Below, piece by piece: positions 53,951-63,571 of a stretch of 64,000 nucleotides of DNA (within the stretch, counting starts at the first letter, position 1; each line of letters opens with the position of its first letter). A program made the position numbers and the translations under genes. Source of the DNA: a virus; the IMG/VR virus record IMGVR_UViG_3300038595_000014. One strand, given 5' to 3'. The notes under the pieces are model-generated. The model had not been told where the DNA came from. It searched no databases and saw nothing but the letters and a program-made list of their open reading frames with translations.

Positions 53951-54666
53951 ACTTCCTCCATGACAATCACGTCACCGTTTTCGTTGGTGAATGTCCCGGT
54001 TGCTGGCTTGCCGTCTGTCCGAGTGTAGCTAATCACCACGTCATCGGTGCCATTCTCTGACCACATAGCGCCAGTGGTCCTGTCACGCTTCAGCGTTACC
54101 GTTTCGCGCACAGGATTAGGCTTGATGCGGTAGGCGAACTCGTCCTTCCACAGGTTTTCAGGTGAAAGCTCACCCCATCCTGACGGAGCAGGCGGGTACT
54201 CCCATTCAATAACTTTACCCTCATGGTGAGCAAACAACAGCTCTCCCTTTTCCTCTTCGGTCATTTCTCCCCACGTCTTAGTCCCGCCAAGTTCACCCAC
54301 AACAGATTTAGTTTTCCCGTATTTTTCTGTGTAACTGGAGTAGGGAAAAACAAACGCTTTAATAGGTCCCGCCACACCCCTCATCTTCACGACAAGGTCG
54401 GCAAGCGTTCCGGTTTTAGGTTCACGCACAAAAGGACCGTCTTGACGCTCATCGCAGATTGCGTTCAGCTCGTCGTCTTCGATCCACTCGGAGATGAGGT
54501 CAGTTTCAGGATGATTAAGATTTTGGCGCTTGCCATATTTAGACCAGTATCCCTTTATTACATTGCAAGTAAATGGGTACCCGTCATAGCAGATGCCATC
54601 ATCTACCATAGGTCCGACTTTTTCCCCACTGCGTGTCCGGTAGCATTTCCCAACTTTAATTTCCAT
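53947..54666 (-). CDS. Hypothetical protein
   Basis: 239 aa; IKVGKCYRTRSGEKVGPM N-terminal module. Confidence 0.65.
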   Translation of the reverse strand: MEIKVGKCYRTRSGEKVGPMVDDGICYDGYPFTCNVIKGYWSKYGKRQNLNHPETDLISEWIEDDELNAICDERQDGPFVREPKTGTLADLVVKMRGVAGPIKAFVFPYSSYTEKYGKTKSVVGELGGTKTWGEMTEEEKGELLFAHHEGKVIEWEYPPAPSGWGELSPENLWKDEFAYRIKPNPVRETVTLKRDRTTGAMWSENGTDDVVISYTRTDGKPATGTFTNENGDVIVMEEV

Positions 54667-54675
54667 AACTTCCTC

Positions 54676-55086
54676 CTATAGCCAAATCGGCTTTTTGCGA
54701 CCAATCTTTGCCCAACCCTCATCGGTGAGCAGGATGTTTGCGGCTGCATCTTCAGCCTTTATAACCTGTAATTGCACCAAGCCAATATCAATTAGCCCGC
54801 TCAAAATACTTCCGCCCTGATTGCGACTACACGGCATCGGCACTGACTTCTCTAGCCGGATCATCATATCCAAAGCGCTGCTCATGTGGCTCAGGTTTTC
54901 CTGCGACTTTGCAATCAGCTCAAGGATCTGTGTCGCGTGTCCGTCCTCGTTCAGCCGGTCAAACAGGTCTGGCAGTTCACGGCTGCGGATTTCTGCCCCG
55001 CCTAGCCGTTGCCCCTCGAAATAGTCCATGATCTCTCCTTCGTATCTCTCTGAACCTTGAACCGTGCCAATAGTGTTGTCAACCAT
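54676..55086 (-). CDS. Hypothetical protein
   Basis: 136 aa, coupled to the primase gene. Confidence 0.6.
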   Translation of the reverse strand: MVDNTIGTVQGSERYEGEIMDYFEGQRLGGAEIRSRELPDLFDRLNEDGHATQILELIAKSQENLSHMSSALDMMIRLEKSVPMPCSRNQGGSILSGLIDIGLVQLQVIKAEDAAANILLTDEGWAKIGRKKPIWL

Positions 55087-56032
55087 TATTCACCACCGAT
55101 AGTCTCGCTTGAGACAAGTGTATGTCATTCCAATCAATACCCACAGTGTCTGGAATGTGTACGCTTACCTCGTAATCCCTGACTGCCAGCCGGTGCGCCA
55201 AGAGAAACGCTGCTGCTTGCCCGCCGTACTTTGGGTCATTGTCTGCAAAGATTGCGATCTGCTTGCATCCCTCTGGCGGCAACCATTTCTTGAGTAGCGC
55301 CGTATTGATAGCAGACCACACAGGCAGGCCGTACATGGCTGATGCGCTCATTGCAGTCTCAATCCCTTCGGCAATCCCAAGAGCGCCACCAGGAACGTAC
55401 TCAGAAAGTCTAACGCATGATCCTTCTGGCAATTCCCCCGGCATGATCTTGCGCGGGCATTCCATCTCAGCTTTTGCTCTGCCATCGGGTCGCAAGAATG
55501 TCCGGTGCATAGATACTGGCTTTCCTGTTCGATCCACAATCATTGCCACCATCGCGGGCCTAATGCCCCCGTCACCGTCTCGAATGGATGGCGCAAACCG
55601 CAGTGAGTCTGGATAGGTCACTTCACCCACCCCGCGCGCAGTCAAATAACGGTCAACCAAATCACCGGACTGCAAAGGCTGGGTTGCCTTGTACGTGGCG
55701 CGAAGGGCATTGCGCTTTTGCTCTGCTGTCATGCCGGATTGTTCATTCGGCGCGTCGTACTTCACATTGCCCACCATGTTGTCAATCTCATTTGCGATTT
55801 CATAAAACGGCTTGCCTGTGAACTCCATGGCTAGGTTAATCCCGTCACCTGATCCGCATGTGCAGATCCAAGTCCCTCTGCCTTCCTTGTCATCAAATCG
55901 AAAGTTCTTATCAGAATTACACAGGGGGCATGGCCCGTGTTTATTTTTCAGGAACTCTTCTGGCAACCCAAGGGACATTAGGATTCCACGCCACTTGCCC
56001 CGTGCAACGTTGGCAGTTCTATCACTCAGCAT
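55079..56032 (-). CDS. DNA primase (P4-type zinc ribbon plus TOPRIM)
   Basis: KHGPCPLC...FRFDD...WICTCGSGDG; IAEGIETA; IFADND. Confidence 0.9.
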   Translation of the reverse strand: MLSDRTANVARGKWRGILMSLGLPEEFLKNKHGPCPLCNSDKNFRFDDKEGRGTWICTCGSGDGINLAMEFTGKPFYEIANEIDNMVGNVKYDAPNEQSGMTAEQKRNALRATYKATQPLQSGDLVDRYLTARGVGEVTYPDSLRFAPSIRDGDGGIRPAMVAMIVDRTGKPVSMHRTFLRPDGRAKAEMECPRKIMPGELPEGSCVRLSEYVPGGALGIAEGIETAMSASAMYGLPVWSAINTALLKKWLPPEGCKQIAIFADNDPKYGGQAAAFLLAHRLAVRDYEVSVHIPDTVGIDWNDIHLSQARLSVVNNG

Positions 56033-57511
56033 TTAGCTTCCTCTCCGTTTGCTGTTTTTCTTGGCCCAAGCGATCCGGCATGATTTCTCATAGTTCAAGA
56101 AACTTTGGTCTCCGGGCTTCATTACTTCTTCTAGGCTACGTGGCCACACTCCGAACTTCTTGCGATACAGGTTAGCAGCCCATCCGTGCTTATAGCCCCT
56201 CTTCATAGCCAGCCAAAGAGCCATGCTGTAGAAGTCCTGCTTCTCCTGTTTGGTCGGAACCTTGCGCTCGCCCTCGGTGATTTCAATCAGTTCACCGTCT
56301 TCTGTCTCCACCCCCGGAATAGGTTTGCGCTCATGTCCGCAGAACGGGCAGACCAAGCCAGTAATAAGAGTGCCACAATTTCCACACGCTTTCGGCAGCT
56401 TCTCTTTCTTCTCAGCCTTCTGACGTTGCTTCGGCGGGGTCTTGTCCAGCTCTTCGTGGTGAATATCCGTAACCAAGCCTAGTCGCAAACTATTCCCTGC
56501 ATGGTCAAAGACTTTCAGGTCTTCTGTGCCAGGATTAACCCTCAATCCTCGCCCGATTTTTTGCAAGTGTAAAATCTCACTTTGAGTTGGGGCGGCGTCC
56601 ACGATACAAGACACAGGCCAGTCAACGCCAGTTGTAAGCGTCCGAACAGAGCAGGCAACCTTGATTTCACCGGACCTAAACTTGCGCTCAATCTGCTGTC
56701 GTTCCACAACATCTGTGAATGCATCAATATATGCAGTGGCTACCCCGGCGCGCTGGAAGTCCTCAGCGATACTTGCCGCGTGTGCCCTGTTCACTCCGAA
56801 GACAAGCGTTGGCCTATTCTCTCCGTTGCGCAGCCAGTTCTCAACGATAGATCCCATGATGGATTTACCGCTCATCACCCCTTCCGCCTGCTTGCTGTCG
56901 TAGTCGCCAGCAACGGTTTTGACGCCATCAAGATCCGGGATGTCAGGTGCGAACACTTGGAACTTGGACAAGAATCCCTGCTGGATCAACTCGCTCACAG
57001 TACAGGCGCAAATCAAATCATCCCACAGAAGCCCCATGCCCTTAGCCCACGGCGTAGCGGATAGGCCGATGAAAAAGATATCATCCCGCTGCTGCATCAG
57101 GTCTTCAACAACCTTAGCTCTGATATGAGCCTCATCCACAATCACCAGATCCACTGGTGGCATATCGCGCCGTGCCAATGTCTGTACGGATGCAACCTGA
57201 ACCCGTGCGTCTGGATTGGTCCGTGGGTGGCTTGCCTGCAAAACGCCGATATCCGTGATGCCCTCGTTTTCAAACGCTGACACGCTCTGGTCGATCAAGC
57301 TAACGGCAGGTGCGGTGAACATAACCCGCTTGCCCTTTTCCAGCGCACCCTCAATGAACCGTGACGCCAGAACAGTTTTGCCTGCTCCTGTTGCCAACTG
57401 ACATACGATCTTTCGGTTGCCAGCGGCTGCGGAATCGCGAACCATTTTGAGAGCTTTGACCTGATGCGGGCGTAGGGTTTTGCGCTGAGGCGTAACCAAC
57501 ATATCCTTCAT
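56033..57511 (-). CDS. Superfamily 2 (DEAH-box) helicase with C-terminal Zn finger
   Basis: LATGAGKT, IVDEAH, GLSATP, QKIGRGLR, CxxC...CxxC; start coupled to the upstream stop. Confidence 0.92.
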   Translation of the reverse strand: MKDMLVTPQRKTLRPHQVKALKMVRDSAAAGNRKIVCQLATGAGKTVLASRFIEGALEKGKRVMFTAPAVSLIDQSVSAFENEGITDIGVLQASHPRTNPDARVQVASVQTLARRDMPPVDLVIVDEAHIRAKVVEDLMQQRDDIFFIGLSATPWAKGMGLLWDDLICACTVSELIQQGFLSKFQVFAPDIPDLDGVKTVAGDYDSKQAEGVMSGKSIMGSIVENWLRNGENRPTLVFGVNRAHAASIAEDFQRAGVATAYIDAFTDVVERQQIERKFRSGEIKVACSVRTLTTGVDWPVSCIVDAAPTQSEILHLQKIGRGLRVNPGTEDLKVFDHAGNSLRLGLVTDIHHEELDKTPPKQRQKAEKKEKLPKACGNCGTLITGLVCPFCGHERKPIPGVETEDGELIEITEGERKVPTKQEKQDFYSMALWLAMKRGYKHGWAANLYRKKFGVWPRSLEEVMKPGDQSFLNYEKSCRIAWAKKNSKRRGS

Positions 57512-58377
57512 CACGAATAGCTCCCGGAATATCCCCAGCCAAGGCAAGGATCAACCGGGTTGTATGTCCCATTGGGGTCTGATTCGACGGGTTCATACTC
57601 CATCAGCCAGTCAACAGCTCGTGACATCCAAGAACTCGAACGGTTTTCCTGCTCAGGTTCGGTGGTTTTGACCATGCCAACGGATTGATCATCACGTGTT
57701 TGGTGATTGATTGGTACGTCAGAGGGTTTATCAACCGGGTTTTCCCAGCCAGAAGATGAAACCTGCGGGTATGTGACCTCAGATTGTTTATGCTTTGGCT
57801 TGGGCTTTGCTACCTCAGTGTCTTTCGGTGCGGTCGAAACCTCGTGAGTGCTATGATTGTTAGTCTTACCCTTGGCTAGGTTATACGAATTATCCTTACA
57901 GGTGGACTCCCGTTCCAGCTTTTTGATGAAGCGGCTGGTGAAGCAACCCTCTGAAACTGCTCGCAAAAACCGTTTTACCCAGCACAATCCGCACATACGG
58001 AAAATGGCCTCATGATCCACGCGATATTGGGTGGCGATATTACGCCCGCCGCGCATGTGAGAGACAGGAATTAGAACGCCAGCTTCACGCAGGATGCTGA
58101 AGACTTTGGTAACGGTCCTCTCCGACACCCTTGCCTTGCGAGCAATCAACTTGCGGCTGGGGTGAATGTAATCTTTGGGGCCAGACTTGTGGTGAAACCA
58201 ATGATTGACGATTGTCATGATGACATCACGGTGGCATCGGTTATCAATCCCGCTTCTAATCGCTTGGCGCGTCAGTCGGCGGAATGCATTTTCCTGGCTG
58301 TCTTTAAAGTCTATCAAGGCTCGATCCCTATATACAGTGCCGAGCCAGTTGAACATCATAATCTGTTGTGTTACCAC
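57511..58377 (-). CDS. HTH replication initiator-like protein
   Basis: HPSRKLIARKARVSERTVTKVFSILREAG winged-HTH pattern; directly upstream of helicase and primase. Confidence 0.6.
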   Translation of the reverse strand: MVTQQIMMFNWLGTVYRDRALIDFKDSQENAFRRLTRQAIRSGIDNRCHRDVIMTIVNHWFHHKSGPKDYIHPSRKLIARKARVSERTVTKVFSILREAGVLIPVSHMRGGRNIATQYRVDHEAIFRMCGLCWVKRFLRAVSEGCFTSRFIKKLERESTCKDNSYNLAKGKTNNHSTHEVSTAPKDTEVAKPKPKHKQSEVTYPQVSSSGWENPVDKPSDVPINHQTRDDQSVGMVKTTEPEQENRSSSWMSRAVDWLMEYEPVESDPNGTYNPVDPCLGWGYSGSYS

Positions 58378-58429
58378 TGAACTTGGCTTTTCGCTGATGC
58401 CACTTTAGCCTAACCGGCTGATAAATGCA

Positions 58430-58460
58430 AGGCCCCGCTTGTCTCCTTGGCGGGGCCTTC
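58430..58460. terminator. Intrinsic terminator-like hairpin
   Basis: AAGGCCCCGC...GCGGGGCCTT 10-bp inverted repeat. Confidence 0.65.
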
Positions 58461-58465
58461 AATAT

Positions 58466-58834
58466 TTAGTCGGGCAGTTTGTACAGGAAAGTGTTTTTCT
58501 GCTTCCTTCGGACAACCTCGCCATCTGCAGCCAGTGCCTTTAGCACCTCGCGGCTAACTTTCTCGCTCATGTCAGTAAACGTCGAAACGCGCTTGGCACA
58601 CGCCCAGTCATCAATATTGGCTAGGACACTCTTAACATCATCCCTCCGGAAACGTCGCAGCCTCGCCTTGGCCTGAGACACGCTCTCATCAATTGGGATA
58701 TGACCCATTCGCTCTGATGGCTTTTCCTTCGCGTACCCAGACAGGTAGTGGGACACCAGCGCGTCATTCTCTGCTTGCGTATACCGCGCCAGCCACGGCA
58801 TGTCTCTGGATGTATTGCTTGTAGGCAGGTTCAT
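58466..58834 (-). CDS. Hypothetical protein, possibly with C-terminal wHTH
   Basis: Start MNLPT with GGAG RBS. Confidence 0.55.
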   Translation of the reverse strand: MNLPTSNTSRDMPWLARYTQAENDALVSHYLSGYAKEKPSERMGHIPIDESVSQAKARLRRFRRDDVKSVLANIDDWACAKRVSTFTDMSEKVSREVLKALAADGEVVRRKQKNTFLYKLPD

Positions 58835-58885
58835 GTGTTTCTCTCCATGTTTGATACGTAACGAATACCACGCCAGATACACGTG

Positions 58886-59206
58886 TCAATTAAAAGTTGA
58901 TCCGCCCTCGGTGTCTTCATCAATCGCCCCAATGGCTATCAGAGCCTCTGTCACGCTCTTAACGACGTAGACAGTACCCAGCCAGGCGCAATGCCATGTT
59001 TCTTGATCTGGGGTTAGCTTACGCGCGCTAGGCGGCTTCTTTCCGTCCTTCACCTCTAACAGATAGTTGCCACCCCTAAACCCTACCAACAGATCGGGAC
59101 AGCCTTTACCAACAGCGTGTAGGTGTTCGACTGACGCCCCTACCTTGCGCAAGGCTTTGACGATTTCTTTCTGATTGCGGTCCACCCGCGCGGCGTATTT
59201 GGGCAT
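58886..59206 (-). CDS. PD-(D/E)XK nuclease (VRR-NUC or resolvase-like)
   Basis: RVDRNQKEIV...GCPDLLVG...LLEVK...LTPDQ. Confidence 0.8.
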   Translation of the reverse strand: MPKYAARVDRNQKEIVKALRKVGASVEHLHAVGKGCPDLLVGFRGGNYLLEVKDGKKPPSARKLTPDQETWHCAWLGTVYVVKSVTEALIAIGAIDEDTEGGSTFN

Positions 59207-59349
59207 ATCTATCTCCTGGATTGTTTCCCCACAAGATACCACAGGCCGCCGAAAAAGGAAAAGGGCCAGCGGTTAAGCCAGCCCAGTTCGGTGTTGCGTG
59301 TCAGTGTTAGCCGTGCTATATGTGCATTTGTCAGGCTAAGCCATTGATA

Positions 59350-59823
59350 TTAGAAGAGAATTTCCGATTCGTCCAGATTATGAGGGACAGCCGCTGGCGC
59401 TTGGAAATTCTGCTGGCCCTGGTTGTAGCCGCCTTGTTGCGCTCCATTATTGGCTTGGGCTTGTCCGCCATTCGGGCCATCGAGCATAACCAGCTGAGAG
59501 CCGGGGCCTTGCAGCACCACTTCTGTCGAGTAACGGTCTTGCCCGTTTTGGTCCTGCCACTTACGTGTTTGCAGCTTACCCTCGATGTAAACCTTGGATC
59601 CTTTACGCAGGTACTGTTGCGCCACTCGAACAAGCCCTTCACCGAAAATGGTGATATTCACCCATTCTGTTTTCTCTTTGCGCTCTCCGGTGTTTCGATC
59701 CTTCCAGCTTTCGGAGCAGGCAATACTAAAACTGCAAGCTTGCCCGCCATTTTGAAAACTCCGAACTTCAGGATCTCGGCCAAGGTTGCCGATAAAGATG
59801 CACTTATTTACTGATCCGCTCAT
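59350..59823 (-). CDS. ssb: Single-stranded DNA-binding protein
   Basis: [36 protein letters not shown], acidic tail. Confidence 0.97.
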   Translation of the reverse strand: MSGSVNKCIFIGNLGRDPEVRSFQNGGQACSFSIACSESWKDRNTGERKEKTEWVNITIFGEGLVRVAQQYLRKGSKVYIEGKLQTRKWQDQNGQDRYSTEVVLQGPGSQLVMLDGPNGGQAQANNGAQQGGYNQGQQNFQAPAAVPHNLDESEILF

Positions 59824-59825
59824 GT

Positions 59826-60029
59826 TTATTCTCCTGTGTTTACTGTAATCAGGTGGTGGGTTGTTCCGTACTCATCTACCCGCGCGGCGTTGGCTTCACT
59901 TGCCTCAACCTCTTTGCGGATGCAATGGCGCACGGCTTCATTGATGGTTTCGATTCCCTCGCGCTCCATCATTGCGCGCAGCCTGTCCCACAATACGCGG
60001 GGCGCGGCAATCTTTTTCTCTTGGTTCAT
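59826..60029 (-). CDS. Ribbon-helix-helix-like regulator
   Basis: Beta strand followed by two helices ([13 protein letters not shown]; [10 protein letters not shown]); first gene after the divergent promoter. Confidence 0.55.
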   Translation of the reverse strand: MNQEKKIAAPRVLWDRLRAMMEREGIETINEAVRHCIRKEVEASEANAARVDEYGTTHHLITVNTGE

Positions 60030-60055
60030 GGTGTCTCTCCATCTGCGATAACCTG

Positions 60056-60116
60056 AACCTACCCCCATTGCGGGTTACGATCAAGGGTTGACTGCGTTGT
60101 TTTTGGTGTTTATTGT
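60056..60116. promoter_or_regulatory. Back-to-back sigma70 promoters
   Basis: Minus strand TTGATC-N17-TAGGTT (60084-60056); plus strand TTGACT-N17-TATTGT (60088-60116). Confidence 0.75.
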
Positions 60117-60142
60117 GGTTTGCGAGGATAAGGAGAAACGAC

Positions 60143-60466
60143 ATGGACTGCCTGCACTGCAATGACACTGGACTATTTCTCAACGGATCGGGCCACCGTT
60201 CTCGCGGCTATCCGTTTGGGGAGTCATCTTTTGAGGACTACTGCTCCTGCTCGCATGGTCGAGATCTGAAGCAAGAGGAACTGGCGCACGATACCGCTCC
60301 TGCATTCCCGTCTAGTGTTCTTGTCGATGCGTCCATTGATGCACACGACAAAAAGATGAAAGCGGCAGGCAAACATCAGTGCAAGGGATTTATTGGGGCT
60401 GAATGCACGATGTGGATTGATGAGCCTGGTCGGTGCCATGACTGCGAGGCGGAGTACAACCGATGA
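60143..60466 (+). CDS. Cys-rich hypothetical protein (possible Zn-binding)
   Basis: CxxC, CxC and CxxC groups; AAGGAG RBS. Confidence 0.65.
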   Translation: MDCLHCNDTGLFLNGSGHRSRGYPFGESSFEDYCSCSHGRDLKQEELAHDTAPAFPSSVLVDASIDAHDKKMKAAGKHQCKGFIGAECTMWIDEPGRCHDCEAEYNR

Positions 60467-60611
60467 AAGAGAGAAAGTTTATCGAGCGCGAGATTTGGGG
60501 TTGGCTTATCGTCGGTTCTATGATCTTGCTGATTGCACTCTGGGCCGTTCCCGCCGCGTATGGCGTGATTGTAGACCAGATCAACGTAAACCCAATGGAG
60601 ACTTTTGACTG

Positions 60612-60818
60612 ATGGCACAGCCGACACCCGCACAAATCAAAGCCGCAATCTACACCGCCATTCGTGAGCATGAGGCGCGTGTACGAGTAGAGCGCAAAGG
60701 TGATCCTTCTGGCTTGGTGGCTGGCCTGTTCCCCGCTACCGCATATTCGATCATTGAAGACGCAATCACAAAAGCCTGCGACGAACGCGCAGCACAGACA
60801 GAGGAAGTTGCAGCATGA
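60612..60818 (+). CDS. Hypothetical protein
   Basis: 68 aa, coupled to the downstream recombinase. Confidence 0.6.
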   Translation: MAQPTPAQIKAAIYTAIREHEARVRVERKGDPSGLVAGLFPATAYSIIEDAITKACDERAAQTEEVAA

Positions 60819-61414
60819 ACTGGCAAGACGTAGCGAAGGAACTTGCAAAGCCGCTTAGCCCCGATGCAATCAAGCCCCCGCCACAGGGCAAGTATGGCGA
60901 GTATGTGGAGGCTCTGCATGTTATCCGGGAGGCTAACCGCATCTTTGGATTTGACGGGTGGAGCTATGATGTGCGCAGCATCAACCTGACTAATGCCACT
61001 AGCGACAACGGTAAGCATCGTGTCGGGTATATGGCAGTTGTGTGCGTGACTATTGATGGCGTCAACCGTACCGACGTTGGGCACGGTCAGGGCTTCGGTA
61101 AGAGTGAGGGTGACGCGCATGATAGCGCTGTTAAGGAGGCGGTTACGGATGGCTTGAAGCGGGCGCTGCGGACATTCGGTAATACCTTTGGTTTGGCTCT
61201 GTATGAAAAAGATCTTGCGGCACGTGAGGTCGGGTATTCCCTAAGCCAGGATCAGATCGACAGCGCGACCAGTGCCCTAGCCAAGTGTGAGACACTCAAG
61301 GCTCTGCAGGAAACCTACGTTGACATGTACCGGCGCAACAAGGCACTTGCCGAACATCAGGATGTTGTGGCTGCGAAGGACAAGCGCAAGGCTGAACTTG
61401 AGGCCGCATCATGA
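60815..61414 (+). CDS. Rad52/Rad22-family (Sak-like) single-strand annealing protein
   Basis: ANRIFGFDGWS, DVGHG, SAVKEAVTDGLKRALRTFGNTFGLALY. Confidence 0.9.
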   Translation: MNWQDVAKELAKPLSPDAIKPPPQGKYGEYVEALHVIREANRIFGFDGWSYDVRSINLTNATSDNGKHRVGYMAVVCVTIDGVNRTDVGHGQGFGKSEGDAHDSAVKEAVTDGLKRALRTFGNTFGLALYEKDLAAREVGYSLSQDQIDSATSALAKCETLKALQETYVDMYRRNKALAEHQDVVAAKDKRKAELEAAS

Positions 61415-61658
61415 GTAAGGGACTAACCCCAGTTGAAACGCGGGTGGCGACGTATCTCAAAGCTATCTTAAAGTCTAACGATATTGAGACTATACATCGC
61501 GAAGCCCGTATGGCATTACGTATCTGTGAAGAGGAGAAAGCAAAATGACAACCGCTGACAAACTGAACAAGCTGGCTGACACCATTGAGCGCCAGCATGG
61601 TCGTAAACTAGTAGCTGGCTTACGTGAGCTGGCTGATAAGATGAGCAAGGAGAAGTGA
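61411..61658 (+). CDS. Two coupled small hypothetical ORFs (61411-61548 and 61545-61658)
   Basis: Read manually; ATGA overlaps. Confidence 0.5.
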
Positions 61659-61659
61659 G

Positions 61660-61935
61660 ATGAAATTTACCTACGACATCAAGCAAGACGACCGCGAGTG
61701 TGTGGCTTACCTGCACAGCTGCGGTGCCTTGTTCTTTAGTGCTAAATCTACGTATTCAGAACATGGTTTGAAGCAAGGGACTATTAGTCTAGGCGGCAGA
61801 TACAACTGTACATCAAAGGCATGTCCCAACGGAACTGCAACGCTTTGTGAGGTTATAAGAAACGATGGTAATAGTGGTACCAAATTCTACCCCGGCGACA
61901 GCGTGACTATCACTTTTGAGGAGACCAAACAATGA
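61660..61935 (+). CDS. Hypothetical protein
   Basis: 91 aa, AAGGAG RBS. Confidence 0.6.
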   Translation: MKFTYDIKQDDRECVAYLHSCGALFFSAKSTYSEHGLKQGTISLGGRYNCTSKACPNGTATLCEVIRNDGNSGTKFYPGDSVTITFEETKQ

Positions 61936-62186
61936 CTGACCAAACTACCGAAAGCTACCGCGTAACAGCAGGCGAACTGCGCCAATTCATCGAGCGTTTC
62001 GAGACACTGGACGCTGAGAAGAAAGAGCTGGCCGAACAACAGAAAGAAGTCATGGCGGAGGCTAAGGCCCGTGGGTATGACACCGCCGTGATGCGCAAGA
62101 TCATCGCTCTGCGTAAGCGTGACAAGGATGATATCGCTGAGGAAGAGGCCGTTCTGGCGATGTATCTTGACGCGTTGGGGATGTAA
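61932..62186 (+). CDS. gapR: GapR-like nucleoid-associated protein (DUF2312)
   Basis: VTAGELRQFIERFE...KEVMAEAKARGYDT..RK...EEEAVL.MY..ALGM. Confidence 0.92.
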   Translation: MTDQTTESYRVTAGELRQFIERFETLDAEKKELAEQQKEVMAEAKARGYDTAVMRKIIALRKRDKDDIAEEEAVLAMYLDALGM

Positions 62187-62216
62187 GTCTTAACCATTGG
62201 CTAGGGAGAATCCGTT

Positions 62217-62675
62217 ATGGCAGATGTGCATATGGTCAAAGCCCTTGGCGGGTTCGTCCCTGCTGATGTAAACGCGCAAGAGTGGATGGATAAAGTCAAG
62301 ATGGGTCAGGTTGTCAAGGCAGAGATCCGGTTGATGCGCAACGGCGGCTTTCACCGCCGGTTTTTTTGCATGTTGAACACAGCATACCAGAACCACGAAT
62401 GGCCGGAGATTGAAACCAAGTGGGGCAAGGGAAAGACATCCTTTGACATGTTCCGCAAATGGGTGACGGTTAAAGCTGGTCACTATGAGGTAGACTTTAC
62501 CCCAGACGGAGAGGTCCGCGTTATCCCTAAGTCTATCTCCTGGGCATCAATGGATCAGGCAGAGTTTGAGAAGCTATACAGCGACGTGCTGGACGTTATC
62601 CTGATGCACTTCCTGACGAACTGGACAACGGGTGACATGGATCACGCGGTTGAGCAGATGATGGGGTATTCGTAA
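62217..62675 (+). CDS. DUF1367-like protein
   Basis: RNGGFHRRFF, FRKWVTVKAGHY, PKSISWASMDQAEFEKLY. Confidence 0.8.
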   Translation: MADVHMVKALGGFVPADVNAQEWMDKVKMGQVVKAEIRLMRNGGFHRRFFCMLNTAYQNHEWPEIETKWGKGKTSFDMFRKWVTVKAGHYEVDFTPDGEVRVIPKSISWASMDQAEFEKLYSDVLDVILMHFLTNWTTGDMDHAVEQMMGYS

Positions 62676-62743
62676 ACTACGCGCCCGTGGTACACTAGAG
62701 AATATTTGCAATGACGCCCGGATGAGGGCAAAGGAGGGAATAA

Positions 62744-63343
62744 ATGACTGACACAAGCAAAGAAAAGGTGGAGCGGTTTCGTCCTGCCAAAACCGACATG
62801 GCGCACTACGAGACAGATGCAGACATGAAGAATGACCCAGATGGCTCTTGGGTTAGATACGAGGATTATGACGCCCTCCGCGCCAAGCTGCAGTCGGCAC
62901 GGGATGAGGCGCAACACGGCGACGACATTGCGGTTGACCAATTTGCCGCCGCGATGAAAGCCAAGCTTAAAGACGCACGTGAAAATAAAGGTCGATCAGG
63001 CTGGGACGATCCGAAGCGCTGCAGCGACATGTTCTTGGCCTCTGCCCTCCTGCGTCATGCTTATAAACACAACGCTGGAACGTTTGAGGACATCGCCAAC
63101 TTTGCCATGATGCTGCACCAGCGTGGGGTGAGCCCCGCAATTATGAAAGAAGCAAACGCAGCGTTTGACGCTGAATTCCGAGATGAGGCGCTGGAAGAGG
63201 CGGCACAAGCAGTGGAAAGTGTTCGGCATATCGAGAAAGACCACTGGTCCCCAGAGTACCGTCAAGGCGGACAGGCTATGAACATCGGTGCGTGTGGTGT
63301 AATCCGCGCCCTCAAGTCCACCAGCAATGAGGGGGAAGGGTGA
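62744..63343 (+). CDS. Hypothetical protein
   Basis: 199 aa; KGRSGWDDP...DIANFAMMLHQ segment common in phage accessory proteins. Confidence 0.65.
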   Translation: MTDTSKEKVERFRPAKTDMAHYETDADMKNDPDGSWVRYEDYDALRAKLQSARDEAQHGDDIAVDQFAAAMKAKLKDARENKGRSGWDDPKRCSDMFLASALLRHAYKHNAGTFEDIANFAMMLHQRGVSPAIMKEANAAFDAEFRDEALEEAAQAVESVRHIEKDHWSPEYRQGGQAMNIGACGVIRALKSTSNEGEG

Positions 63344-63549
63344 TGGTCAAACGCAGAAACACCGTTGAAAGATGGATCGCAGAAATTTTCCCAACAAAGG
63401 AAACCAATCGCAGGGCAGACCTTCGCGACCGAGAAATTGACAAGATGGTTGGCGCTCAAAAGAGAAAGGCGTCCGACAAAAGCCCTCATACAGATTGGCG
63501 ATCATTGCTCAAGATTGCACAGGAGACCCCCAATGACCGATCTGATTAA
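63340..63549 (+). CDS. Hypothetical protein
   Basis: 69 aa, coupled ORF. Confidence 0.5.
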   Translation: MMVKRRNTVERWIAEIFPTKETNRRADLRDREIDKMVGAQKRKASDKSPHTDWRSLLKIAQETPNDRSD

Positions 63550-63571
63550 AGCAGCGCTGGAGTAGCGTCCT

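Noticed and set aside
57550-57741. ATCAACCGGGTT twice inside the initiator gene as possible origin iterons
   Set aside because: Only two copies 180 nt apart, both encoding NPVD; no iteron array or AT-rich unwinding tract is evident.
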